This document shows positions 25,323-32,990 of a stretch of DNA of 50,465 nt, piece by piece. Numbering within the stretch: position 1 is the stretch's first letter; each line of letters starts with the position of its first letter. Origin of the DNA: an uncultured Nitrospinaceae bacterium (lineage in GTDB: Bacteria > Nitrospinota > Nitrospinia > Nitrospinales > VA-1); contig CAYPQH010000001.1 of NCBI GenBank assembly GCA_964412825.1, positions 1 to 50,465 on the forward strand, given 5' to 3'. The position numbers were made by a program, and so were the translations under genes. Below the pieces are notes generated by a model that saw only the letters and a program-made list of their open reading frames with translations, was not told where the DNA came from and did not search any database.

Positions 25323-25883
25323 ATGCGAGTTTTTATTGCGTTTATCTTTCTAACCTTCGTTGGATGCACCCATCCCATTTCAAATAATATGCGCGCCAAC
25401 CTTGATCCTGCTGTCAGTGTTGCAGGGCTATTTGAATCTCCGGACGCCTATATCGGCAAAAGAGTGATGATGGGCGGAAACATTGTCGAGACCCGAAATT
25501 TCCCCGATCAAAGCGAGATCGAAGTGGTGCAAAAGTCCATTGGTCCCTATGGCAATCTGGATACGGGAGACGCGACGCGGGGGCGTTTTATATTTCGCCG
25601 TCCGGGATACCTGGAGTCTGAGGTTTATGCGAAAGGACGGGATATCATTGGAGCGGGAGTGATTGTGGGAAGCCAATCCGGGAAAATTGGCGACCGTGAT
25701 TACCAGTTCCCGGTCATCGAACCGGAAGAAATGAACCTGATAGAACAATATCGAAACTATCCCTATTACAACGATCCGTTTTATCCTTACTACGGTTACG
25801 GGGGGTTCGGAGGTTTCCGGGGTTTCAGAGGTTTCGGAGGTTACGGATTTGGACACCATTTTTACGGACATCATCATCATTAG
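25323..25883 (+). CDS. Slp-family outer-membrane lipoprotein with a Gly/aromatic/His-rich C-terminal tail
   Basis: An AGGAG RBS precedes the start. The lipobox is LTFVG|C. The Slp-like core is YIGKRVMMGGNIVETRN. The tail is YGYGGFGGFRGFRGFGGYGFGHHFYGHHHH. The start is moved to M34 of the track ORF. Confidence 0.75.
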   Translation: MRVFIAFIFLTFVGCTHPISNNMRANLDPAVSVAGLFESPDAYIGKRVMMGGNIVETRNFPDQSEIEVVQKSIGPYGNLDTGDATRGRFIFRRPGYLESEVYAKGRDIIGAGVIVGSQSGKIGDRDYQFPVIEPEEMNLIEQYRNYPYYNDPFYPYYGYGGFGGFRGFRGFGGYGFGHHFYGHHHH

Positions 25884-25900
25884 CAAGGGACGGGCAGGAT

Positions 25901-26407
25901 ATGGCCGCTATGTTTAAAACAAACCACAATTTTCTTTGGCTGGCGCTGATTTTATTTTCCGGGTGCGGGCCTGTTTTGTCCCAGGCGGTCATCGATGAGA
26001 GCGATGCGAATGTTTTGCTGGGAGAGTTGCAACGGAGCCCTGAAAATTACTTAGGAAAATCGGTTTTATTTGGGGGGACGATTGTCCGGGCGGGAAACGA
26101 CGCTTCAGGAAGCTGGGCGGAAATTTTGCAACGGCCGCTTGGATATCGGCTGGAACCCAAACTGAACGACCAGACGGGTGGACGTTTATTGCTAAAGACC
26201 AACGAAATTTGGGACGACCAGATTTTTTCCAAAGGACGAAAAATCACCCTGGTCGGGAAAGTGGAAGGAAAAGAAACCCGGTCGCTGGATGAAATCACAT
26301 ATGATTACCCAGTTTTAAGCGTCACGGAATACCATCTCTGGCCGGAAGGCCGCGCGCGCACTGGACCCGATGTTCAATTCAGCTTCGGACTTTTTGGCTC
26401 CTTCTAG
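25901..26407 (+). CDS. Slp-family outer-membrane lipoprotein (paralogue of the upstream gene)
   Basis: The lipobox is LFSG|C. The Slp-like core is YLGKSVLFGGTIVRAGN. Confidence 0.75.
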   Translation: MAAMFKTNHNFLWLALILFSGCGPVLSQAVIDESDANVLLGELQRSPENYLGKSVLFGGTIVRAGNDASGSWAEILQRPLGYRLEPKLNDQTGGRLLLKTNEIWDDQIFSKGRKITLVGKVEGKETRSLDEITYDYPVLSVTEYHLWPEGRARTGPDVQFSFGLFGSF

Positions 26408-26526
26408 CTCGCCCACTATGTGGGGAAGAATCGCCTGCTTCAGAGGAGGGCTGACGCTCTCTTTACCCCTTGCGGGGCATGAAGGCAAAGGTGAAATGTC
26501 ACACGTTCACGAGCCTTAAAGGCTCT
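26408..26526. repeat. REP-like modular hairpin repeat copy
   Basis: CCCACTATGTGGGGAAGAATCGCC (26412-26435) matches 43518-43541 at 19 of 24 positions. CCCCTTGCGGGG (26466-26477) matches CCCCTTGCAGGGG (43540-43552). A CACGAGCC-TTAAAGGCTC hairpin shares modules with 43561-43592. Confidence 0.65.
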
Positions 26527-27384
26527 CTATATCCATTGCATGTCAATACTGGGCCACACACACCAGCCGTCACGCGGGTCGGCCTCAAGGGGCTGGTGCA
26601 GGCTGACTTCGCCTGAGTCAAAAGCCAGCTCATCGCCTTTTTCAGAACGCATCAACAACCTGCCATCGGAATCCAGCCCCAGAGCCGTTCCGTGAATGAC
26701 CGATTCTCCATGAGAGACCGTGATTTTTTTGCCGACCATGTCTGAGTTTTCCAGCCATTTCTCCATGATCGTCTGATCTTCGTTGTTGAGGAAGGCGTCG
26801 TATTGTTGATCCAGATGGCCGATGAGAGAGCAGACGAGTGCGCACCGGTCGATCGCGCTTCCTGTTTCGATCATCAGGGAAGTGGCGGTCGATTTTAACT
26901 CGTCGGGAAAGTCGGAAAGGGAATGGTTGGCGTTGATCCCGATGCCGATGATTACGCCGGTTTCGCCGGAACGGGCGGGGTGGGTCTCGCACAGAATGCC
27001 GCAACATTTTTTGCCCTTTAAAAGAATATCGTTGGGCCACTTTAATAAGGCTTTTTGATGGGTGATCTCATTGATCGCCAGAGTCGTCGCCAACCCTGCC
27101 AGCAGAGTCAGTTGAGGGAGACGCCGGGGCTGAATTTTGGGTTGCAAGATCACCGACAGGTAGAGGCCAACCCCAGGCAAAGACATCCAATTTCGCCCCA
27201 TGCGCCCGCGTCCCCTGGTTTGGGATTCGGCGATCAGAACGAGACCTTCCGTAATGTTTTTTTCGAGATATCGTTTAGCAACGTCATTGGTGGAGTTGAC
27301 TACATCAAAAACAAGGATCTCCGATCCTATGCGTATAGTATTCAGGTTGCTTTTGATTGTTTCGGCAGACAGCGGGGAGGGCAC
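26527..27384 (-). CDS. birA: Biotin--[acetyl-CoA-carboxylase] ligase (no N-terminal HTH domain)
   Basis: The signature GRGRMGRNW, the motif KWPNDIL and a C-terminal SH3-like domain are present. The N-terminus goes straight into the catalytic domain. Confidence 0.88.
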   Translation of the reverse strand: MPSPLSAETIKSNLNTIRIGSEILVFDVVNSTNDVAKRYLEKNITEGLVLIAESQTRGRGRMGRNWMSLPGVGLYLSVILQPKIQPRRLPQLTLLAGLATTLAINEITHQKALLKWPNDILLKGKKCCGILCETHPARSGETGVIIGIGINANHSLSDFPDELKSTATSLMIETGSAIDRCALVCSLIGHLDQQYDAFLNNEDQTIMEKWLENSDMVGKKITVSHGESVIHGTALGLDSDGRLLMRSEKGDELAFDSGEVSLHQPLEADPRDGWCVWPSIDMQWI

Positions 27385-27556
27385 GAAAGTCCTTTATTGG
27401 TAAAAACGATTTGGTCTCTGAAAGAGGGGTGTGGGCAAAAAATCAAAAATAATCATTGAATTATCAAAGAAATGTTGATAAAAAGCTAGATCAAAATGTA
27501 AAAGGTGTCCAGATTTTTTGAGTGCACGCGCGTCAAAATGAAAAAGGAGAAAGTTG

Positions 27557-27682
27557 GATGAGAAAAGTAGTGTTCTTTCTGGTTTTAGCGATTAGTTTGA
27601 TGGTCCTGACCTCATGTTCAATGGAAAATAAATATCCTCATGGTCAGCAGGTCAAGCCCGATAACGTAGAAGAAAAGAAGTA
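27557..27682 (+). CDS. Small (41-aa) putative lipoprotein
   Basis: An AAGGAGA RBS lies 7 nt upstream. The sequence MRKVVFFLVLAISLMVLTS|C is a signal peptide with lipobox. It falls below the ORF-track length cutoff, so I translated it by hand. Confidence 0.55.
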
Positions 27683-27705
27683 ACGGTTTTTTATACCGAT
27701 GAATT

Positions 27706-27725
27706 CCCGCCTCCATCTGGAGGCG
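27706..27725 (+). terminator. Stem-loop downstream of the small lipoprotein gene
   Basis: CCGCCTCC-ATCT-GGAGGCGG forms a perfect 8-bp stem. No adjacent U-tract follows, so terminator function is uncertain. Confidence 0.3.
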
Positions 27726-27792
27726 GAAGGCTTTGGTGCTCTATGTTCCTGCCTGCCCTCGGCCCCCCTGTCTTCACTCACGCCCTTACGTA

Positions 27793-27807
27793 GTACAAAT
27801 TTTGTAC
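27793..27807. promoter_or_regulatory. 15-bp palindrome, candidate operator
   Basis: GTACAAA-T-TTTGTAC has perfect 7-bp arms. It lies in a 454-bp noncoding spacer, about 125 nt upstream of the candidate promoter at 27934. Confidence 0.3.
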
Positions 27808-27933
27808 ACCCTTAGCACTTGTAATTCTCACAAAAAAATCAGATTCTCCTGACAGAATGCTGGATACACGCCTTCAACAGCACTCCCCTTTTATTTATTC
27901 CTACCCTTTTTTGCTCGTCATTCCCCTAACTTC

Positions 27934-27964
27934 TTGACAAATCGGGCTTGCAGAGTGATAGAAT
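27934..27964 (+). promoter_or_regulatory. Candidate sigma-70 promoter with extended -10
   Basis: TTGACA (27934-27939), a 19 nt spacer, then TGaTAGAAT (27956-27964). It would give a ~165-nt leader before the 28137 ATG. Confidence 0.4.
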
Positions 27965-28136
27965 GGCTGTAGAAAATTCCAGGCCATTAAACCCAACCTC
28001 ATCATCATTTACCCTTGCGGTCTTAGGCTCGTTTGCACGTTTTACATAGAGGGAAAGGGGTGGGTGGTCAGGGTTAGGTCTTATGTTTTTCATGACTCAA
28101 AAAATATTTTATTGATCCAGGGAGAGATTAGAACCC

Positions 28137-28466
28137 ATGCAAGAAAGTCCTGTAACCGTTGAAGAGGTGAGAAAAGCTCAGGAATATCTTAAAACCGGAA
28201 TGACCGAGAGTGAGGGGAAAAACTTTCACGATGCCAGTGAATTATTCAAAAATTCTGCCTCAGTTCATCCTTTCGATGAAAAACATATCGAAGAACTTGA
28301 GAAGAAATTGCAGGCAGGAGGATTCAAAAAACAGCAGGAATGCATGGCTTATATGGGATGCGCCGCCGTTCATCTCAAGCAATTGATCGCGGAGTTGAGT
28401 GACGAGCAGAAGAGCGAAGTTCCTGTAGACGAGCAATTACTCAATGTTTTCAAGGACTGGGATTAA
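28137..28466 (+). CDS. Hypothetical 109-aa helical protein
   Basis: The ORF has a GGGAGAG RBS region. I recognise no motif. Confidence 0.55.
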   Translation: MQESPVTVEEVRKAQEYLKTGMTESEGKNFHDASELFKNSASVHPFDEKHIEELEKKLQAGGFKKQQECMAYMGCAAVHLKQLIAELSDEQKSEVPVDEQLLNVFKDWD

Positions 28467-28515
28467 TCGGTTTCGTATTACAGGCTTTGGGATAATAAAT
28501 AAGGAAAATTGACGA

Positions 28516-29718
28516 GTGGAAAAAGAATTGCTTCGCGACATTCTAAGGGCTGAAATCCGGGAGATGAAGATCCCTTTGAGTCTGGGGAAAACCTGTCCGG
28601 TGAAATGCACCTTCTGTTATGAAAAGGACCACAGCTATAGGAAAACCTTTGATACGCCGCGCACCACTCAGGAAGATTGGGAGTTTATTTTCAGTGAGAT
28701 CAAAAAAATTCCCACTAAGAAGGATGTGTCCTGGGTTCTGGGCGGCAACGAATATATGGAATGGACCGATCTACCGCTTCATCCCAAAGCTCTGGACTGG
28801 ATTGAGGAATTCCTGGACAACACGGACAAAAATATCACCATGTTCACCGTTGGCTACGCCAATCCGGAGAGGATCAACAAGCTGGCCGAAAGGCATCCCG
28901 GAAGAATCAATTTTGAACTGTCGGTGATCACGCTCGGAGACGCCCGAAAAAAGCTGATGCCCAATGGTCCGAGTGCTGAACAGGTCATGAAAATATTGGA
29001 CGGTCCCGCCGTGACTTCGGCTAACTTCTATTCCTTCGGACCCGACACCATGTCAGAGGACGCCCGGCGGATTTCCAGAATCAACCCCAAAGTTCTTTTG
29101 TGGATGGGATGTTTGACTCCTTTGAAATATATAGACCCGGATACAACCGCCCTGATGCGTTTTGGGAAAAAGTTTCTTGCCGCCGAAGCCCGGAAAACTT
29201 ACGATTTAAACCTTCCAAATACCATGATGATTCATACGGAATCGGATATCACTTCCTTTTTGAATCGCAATAAAATAATTAAAACGTTTGATGCCTGTGA
29301 GTTGGAGAAAAAAGACACGGTGGTGATGGCGGGGAATGTTTACAAAATTTTGACACTGTTTCGCCGCAATCGCGCCAAATTTCTCTATGTTCCCAATGCG
29401 ACTCTTGGCGGGGATTCCAATTGCACCACTTTACTCACCTTCAGCGATGTCGCAAAACGCATCACTCATCAAAAAAGAGTGTATTTACCCAAGGTGATTC
29501 TGGAAAAATCTGCCGATGTGGAAATGGATATTGCGGGAGAAACCTTCGATGAATTCAAAGAGAGGTTCCCGCGATGCACGTTCAAAGTCCTGAATAAAGT
29601 CAATTCCGGCCTTTCCAATAGAAAACTGTATGAAAAGGGTTACCTGAAAAACTATGTGGAAGACTATCTGGGCAACCCTCTTTCAAAAAAATTCGAAATG
29701 ATGGCATCCCCGAATTAA
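28516..29718 (+). CDS. Divergent radical SAM protein (C-terminus reminiscent of DUF512-type enzymes)
   Basis: CxxxCxxC is present at residues 27-34 (CPVKCTFC). The later segment PNATLGGDSNCTTLLTFSDV resembles the N-x3-G-G-x6-LLT-x2-D pattern I recall from DUF512 radical SAM proteins; this is unverified. The GTG start has an AAGGAAA RBS, and an alternative Met exists at residue 17. Confidence 0.65.
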   Translation: MEKELLRDILRAEIREMKIPLSLGKTCPVKCTFCYEKDHSYRKTFDTPRTTQEDWEFIFSEIKKIPTKKDVSWVLGGNEYMEWTDLPLHPKALDWIEEFLDNTDKNITMFTVGYANPERINKLAERHPGRINFELSVITLGDARKKLMPNGPSAEQVMKILDGPAVTSANFYSFGPDTMSEDARRISRINPKVLLWMGCLTPLKYIDPDTTALMRFGKKFLAAEARKTYDLNLPNTMMIHTESDITSFLNRNKIIKTFDACELEKKDTVVMAGNVYKILTLFRRNRAKFLYVPNATLGGDSNCTTLLTFSDVAKRITHQKRVYLPKVILEKSADVEMDIAGETFDEFKERFPRCTFKVLNKVNSGLSNRKLYEKGYLKNYVEDYLGNPLSKKFEMMASPN

Positions 29719-29978
29719 CCGGCCTTAACGCTGGACCCAATATTAACGGACGATGGATTTATTGCTGACGGAATCCTTAAGAGATCGGAGAGTTTCACTC
29801 GCACCTTCTTCGGGATTCGTGACTGAAACGGATGGCCTTTTGTTACCTTCCGCTTTGCGGAGCCAGGCGGATTGGTGGTATGAAGATTTTATTGGGAAAG
29901 GCGGGTTTGTCTCCGCGTTCTCTGCGGTCAAAAAGGGTTGTCGCGCAGTACAGTCTTTAAACGGGAAAAGGAGAAAAC

Positions 29979-30161
29979 ATGCAGTATCGGTTGAAAGTGG
30001 TGTTTGTCGATAATCAGGAACTGGAATGCGAGCATACGGAAAAGCATGGCTTCAGCGACGATTTGGAATTATTCGAAATCACCACCGCTGAGGAAATCGT
30101 TGTGATTCCTCTCAAACAGATTAAATACATATCCTGCGATTCTAAAATATTTAAGAATTAA
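29979..30161 (+). CDS. Hypothetical 60-aa acidic protein
   Basis: A strong AAGGAGAAAAC RBS lies directly upstream of the ATG. I recognise no motif. Confidence 0.5.
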   Translation: MQYRLKVVFVDNQELECEHTEKHGFSDDLELFEITTAEEIVVIPLKQIKYISCDSKIFKN

Positions 30162-30344
30162 ATTTTAGAGGCGAACAGCTTCTGATATCCAGGGGGAGTG
30201 TTCACGGCAAGGATCAAATGACCCAAGCGTCTTTAACCCCCGCCAGCGGTTTAATTCCCTTCGCTAAGATAATAATTTCCGGTCACGAAAGTTGTTGCCA
30301 TTTGGGCCAAGCGACACAATGGATGCTTGCGGCGGGGTCGTCAT

Positions 30345-30737
30345 TTATTGAAGCTTGAGTTTTGCTTTTTTGAGCCACTCCTGAGAGTCGAATTTTTTCT
30401 GGAAAAATTTTTCAAAAAGAATCTCATTGGGAGTTAAATTTGTCCCGTCAATTTTAAAAGGATTATCGGCTTCAATTTCTTTTGGTTTCTCTGTTTTCTC
30501 CGTCGCAAAATCTTCCTTCACCAGCTCATAATCATCGGATTTCTCATCAGAGAAAACCATGTCCGAAAGTTCTTCCAGGCTAAGAATCAAATTCAGAACC
30601 GAAAGATGATTGATCATGTCTTTTTCTTTAAACCCGGAAAGCACATTTCTGACCTCGTCAGAAGATACGATGGCTTTCATGATCGCCTTGTTGAGATGTT
30701 CATATGCTTCATCCAAATGAGAGTCGAAAGGGTCCAT
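30345..30737 (-). CDS. Hypothetical 130-aa acidic protein, apparently sigma-54 dependent
   Basis: The start is set at MDPFDSHL, with an AGGAGAA RBS 7 nt upstream. The longer track ORF (to 30848) would begin upstream of the sigma-54 promoter at 30813-30827. Confidence 0.6.
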   Translation of the reverse strand: MDPFDSHLDEAYEHLNKAIMKAIVSSDEVRNVLSGFKEKDMINHLSVLNLILSLEELSDMVFSDEKSDDYELVKEDFATEKTEKPKEIEADNPFKIDGTNLTPNEILFEKFFQKKFDSQEWLKKAKLKLQ

Positions 30738-30812
30738 GATGCCATTCTCCTGAAAGGTTATTTGTAGATTGCCCGCTAATTTGCAATTCTTTGAAAAACA
30801 ATAACTTATGGA

Positions 30813-30827
30813 GCAAAACTTGTGCCA
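30813..30827 (-). promoter_or_regulatory. Sigma-54 (RpoN) promoter, -24/-12 elements
   Basis: The minus strand reads TGGCAC-AAGTT-TTGCT, an exact match to the TGGCAC-N5-TTGCW consensus. It lies about 75 nt upstream of the 30737 ATG. Confidence 0.6.
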
Positions 30828-31201
30828 TTTTAAAAAGGGCATCGGCAAACAGGTGAAAGCTTTTAGGTGAAATGGTTTCCGGGTTTTCTGGTATTTGGTA
30901 GCGTCAAAAAAACAATGGTTTTAGCGTTTAAACTCAAGTAATTGTGTCAAAATATCAACACCGGTTGCAAAAAAAGATGCACTGCCAGGAGAGGGCCATC
31001 GACTGGGTGCAGATCGCATGAATTCGCGGTAGGGGCAAAAAATTTCCTCTATATATCATTAACTTTAATCCAGTATTCAATAAGTTGAAGGTGGAGGAAA
31101 TACTGTGATAACCTTAGTCGGTTTACGACACTCGGACCGATCGAATAAAACGGTTCCGAAATTCCCCTGAAAAATTTAATACTTCAAGATTTCCTTATAT
31201 T

Positions 31202-32176
31202 ATGTCCTTTCCAGTTCATCGATATCGAAGGTTAAGAGCCAATGCGGGAATTTTGCGGATGGTTCGAGAAACCAGTCTCTCCACAGATGACCTGATCGAA
31301 CCCATGTTTGTTTGTGAAGGTCGTGGCGTTCGGCAGGAAATTTCGTCCATGCCGGGAATCGCCCGGTGTTCTATAGATGAGCTCCTGAAAGACGTCAAGG
31401 AATGCCGGAGCCTTGGGATTCCCGCAGTCATTTTATTTGGCATTCCAGATAAAAAAGACGCCCGTGGTTCCGAAGCTTATAACCCGGATGGAATCGTTCA
31501 GCGAGCGGTGCGGGAAATCAAATCGTCATTTCCCGACATGGTCGTTATCACCGATGTATGTATTGACGAATACACCGACCACGGTCACTGCGGTTTAGTG
31601 GAAGGCGATAAAATACTCAATGACGCCACTTTGGAGTTGTTGTCCAAAATGGCCGAAACCCATGCCCGCGCAGGAGCAGATATTATCGCCCCGTCAGACA
31701 TGATGGACGGACGTGTGCAAGCCATCCGCAGAACTCTGGATGAAACGGGCCACACGGACACGATCATTCTTTCCTACGCGGCCAAATATGCTTCAGGGTT
31801 TTATGGTCCCTTTCGGGAGGCCGCCGATTCTTCGCCAAAATTTGGTGACCGTTGTTCTTATCAGATGGACCCTGGAAACAGCGACGAAAGCTTGCGCGAA
31901 GTATTTCAGGACATTGAGGAAGGTGCCGATATGGTGATGGTCAAGCCCGCTTTATCCTATTTGGATATCATTCACCGGGTCCGTCAGGAAGTACAGGTCC
32001 CTGTGGCCGCCTACAGCGTGAGCGGAGAATATGCCATGGTCAAAGCCGCCGCCGAAAGAGATTGGGTGGATGGAGAACGAGTGATGCTGGAAATCCTGTT
32101 GAGTATAAAACGCGCCGGGGCGCAGATGATCTTGACCTACTTTGCCAGGGAAGCGGCAAAAATACTCAATTCTTGA
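31202..32176 (+). CDS. hemB: Porphobilinogen synthase (delta-aminolevulinic acid dehydratase)
   Basis: The N-terminus is [16 protein letters not shown]. The metal-site region is [14 protein letters not shown]. The Schiff-base Lys regions MVKPAL and YAMVKAA are present. Confidence 0.95.
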   Translation: MSFPVHRYRRLRANAGILRMVRETSLSTDDLIEPMFVCEGRGVRQEISSMPGIARCSIDELLKDVKECRSLGIPAVILFGIPDKKDARGSEAYNPDGIVQRAVREIKSSFPDMVVITDVCIDEYTDHGHCGLVEGDKILNDATLELLSKMAETHARAGADIIAPSDMMDGRVQAIRRTLDETGHTDTIILSYAAKYASGFYGPFREAADSSPKFGDRCSYQMDPGNSDESLREVFQDIEEGADMVMVKPALSYLDIIHRVRQEVQVPVAAYSVSGEYAMVKAAAERDWVDGERVMLEILLSIKRAGAQMILTYFAREAAKILNS

Positions 32177-32250
32177 TTCCCGTCCAAGATCTCCCGAGAA
32201 GCTTTATGTTGATGAAAACCTGCGAACCTTCATATTTTGACAATAAACGA

Positions 32251-32280
32251 TTGATAATGAAACTTGCATCTGTTTATAAT
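32251..32280 (+). promoter_or_regulatory. Candidate sigma-70 promoter of the HTH gene
   Basis: TTGATA (32251-32256), an 18 nt spacer, then TATAAT (32275-32280), about 40 nt upstream of the 32322 ATG. Confidence 0.4.
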
Positions 32281-32321
32281 GAGCAAAATTAGACACATTT
32301 CTTGGGGAAGGAGAAGTTTGG

Positions 32322-32846
32322 ATGTCAATATTGGCTAAAAACCTGAAGACGATTCGCAAGGAACTGCGGTGCACGCAGTCGATGATGTCGGAAATTCTGA
32401 AGGTGGGTTTTCGAACCTACGTCAGGTATGAAGCGGGCGAACGGGATGCTCCGGTTTCCGTTCTCGTCAAAATCGCCAAATTGGGAAACCTGTCCCTGGA
32501 ACAACTTCTGACAGTTTCGGTGGGGAAAAGTTTAATTTCCCCCGTTCAGACCTTGACCAAAAATTCAGTGCCGCCTGAGGTCAGGATGGTCCATTTTGGC
32601 ACTGGCCAGATAAATTTAAAAAACCCCACCAAACAGGAATTGCTGACAGTCAATAATTCAGAACGAAAATTATTATCTATTTTTCGTAAAATGGACGCAG
32701 GGTTGCAAAAGGAATGTTTGGGCAATATTGGAAAGTCGTTGAAAAAAGTAGCAAATAAGCCCAAGGCAGTAGCAAAAAAATCTGCGCCGAAAAAGAAAAC
32801 CAGCAAAAAAAAAGCAGTTAAAAAGCTTACCAAAAAAAGACGATAG
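32322..32846 (+). CDS. XRE-family helix-turn-helix protein with a histone-H1-like Lys-rich C-terminal tail
   Basis: The N-terminal HTH_3-like region reads LKTIRKELRCTQSMMSEILKVGFRTYVRYEAGERDAPVSVLVKIAKLGNLSLEQLL. The tail is KKVANKPKAVAKKSAPKKKTSKKKAVKKLTKKRR. Confidence 0.75.
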   Translation: MSILAKNLKTIRKELRCTQSMMSEILKVGFRTYVRYEAGERDAPVSVLVKIAKLGNLSLEQLLTVSVGKSLISPVQTLTKNSVPPEVRMVHFGTGQINLKNPTKQELLTVNNSERKLLSIFRKMDAGLQKECLGNIGKSLKKVANKPKAVAKKSAPKKKTSKKKAVKKLTKKRR

Positions 32847-32902
32847 ACAGTTCCCCGTTTGGCCATAAGGGCACCTCTAAAAATGAGTTCTGGGCTACGA
32901 GC

Positions 32903-32921
32903 GGCCCTTATGAAAAGGGCC
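32903..32921 (+). terminator. Stem-loop downstream of the HTH gene
   Basis: GGCCCTT-ATGAA-AAGGGCC forms a perfect 7-bp stem. No U-tract follows. Confidence 0.3.
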
Positions 32922-32990
32922 AGCGAGTTGTCTGACAGAAAAATATCGAATTATTAGAGATCCCCTTGAAATTCAACTGAGAGATAGTAT

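Noticed and set aside
29800-29880. Resemblance to the ZTP (pfl) riboswitch (GGATTCGTGACTG... and CCGCCTGG)
   Set aside because: The CCGCCTGG element is only present on the opposite strand to the GTGACTG element, so the two halves cannot form the pfl pseudoknot.
31105-31170. A 21-codon GTG-initiated mini-ORF ([21 protein letters not shown]) with a GGAGG RBS, 31 nt upstream of hemB
   Set aside because: It could be a leader peptide, but it is very short, has no recognisable regulatory codon run or attenuator hairpin, and cannot be supported from a single sequence.
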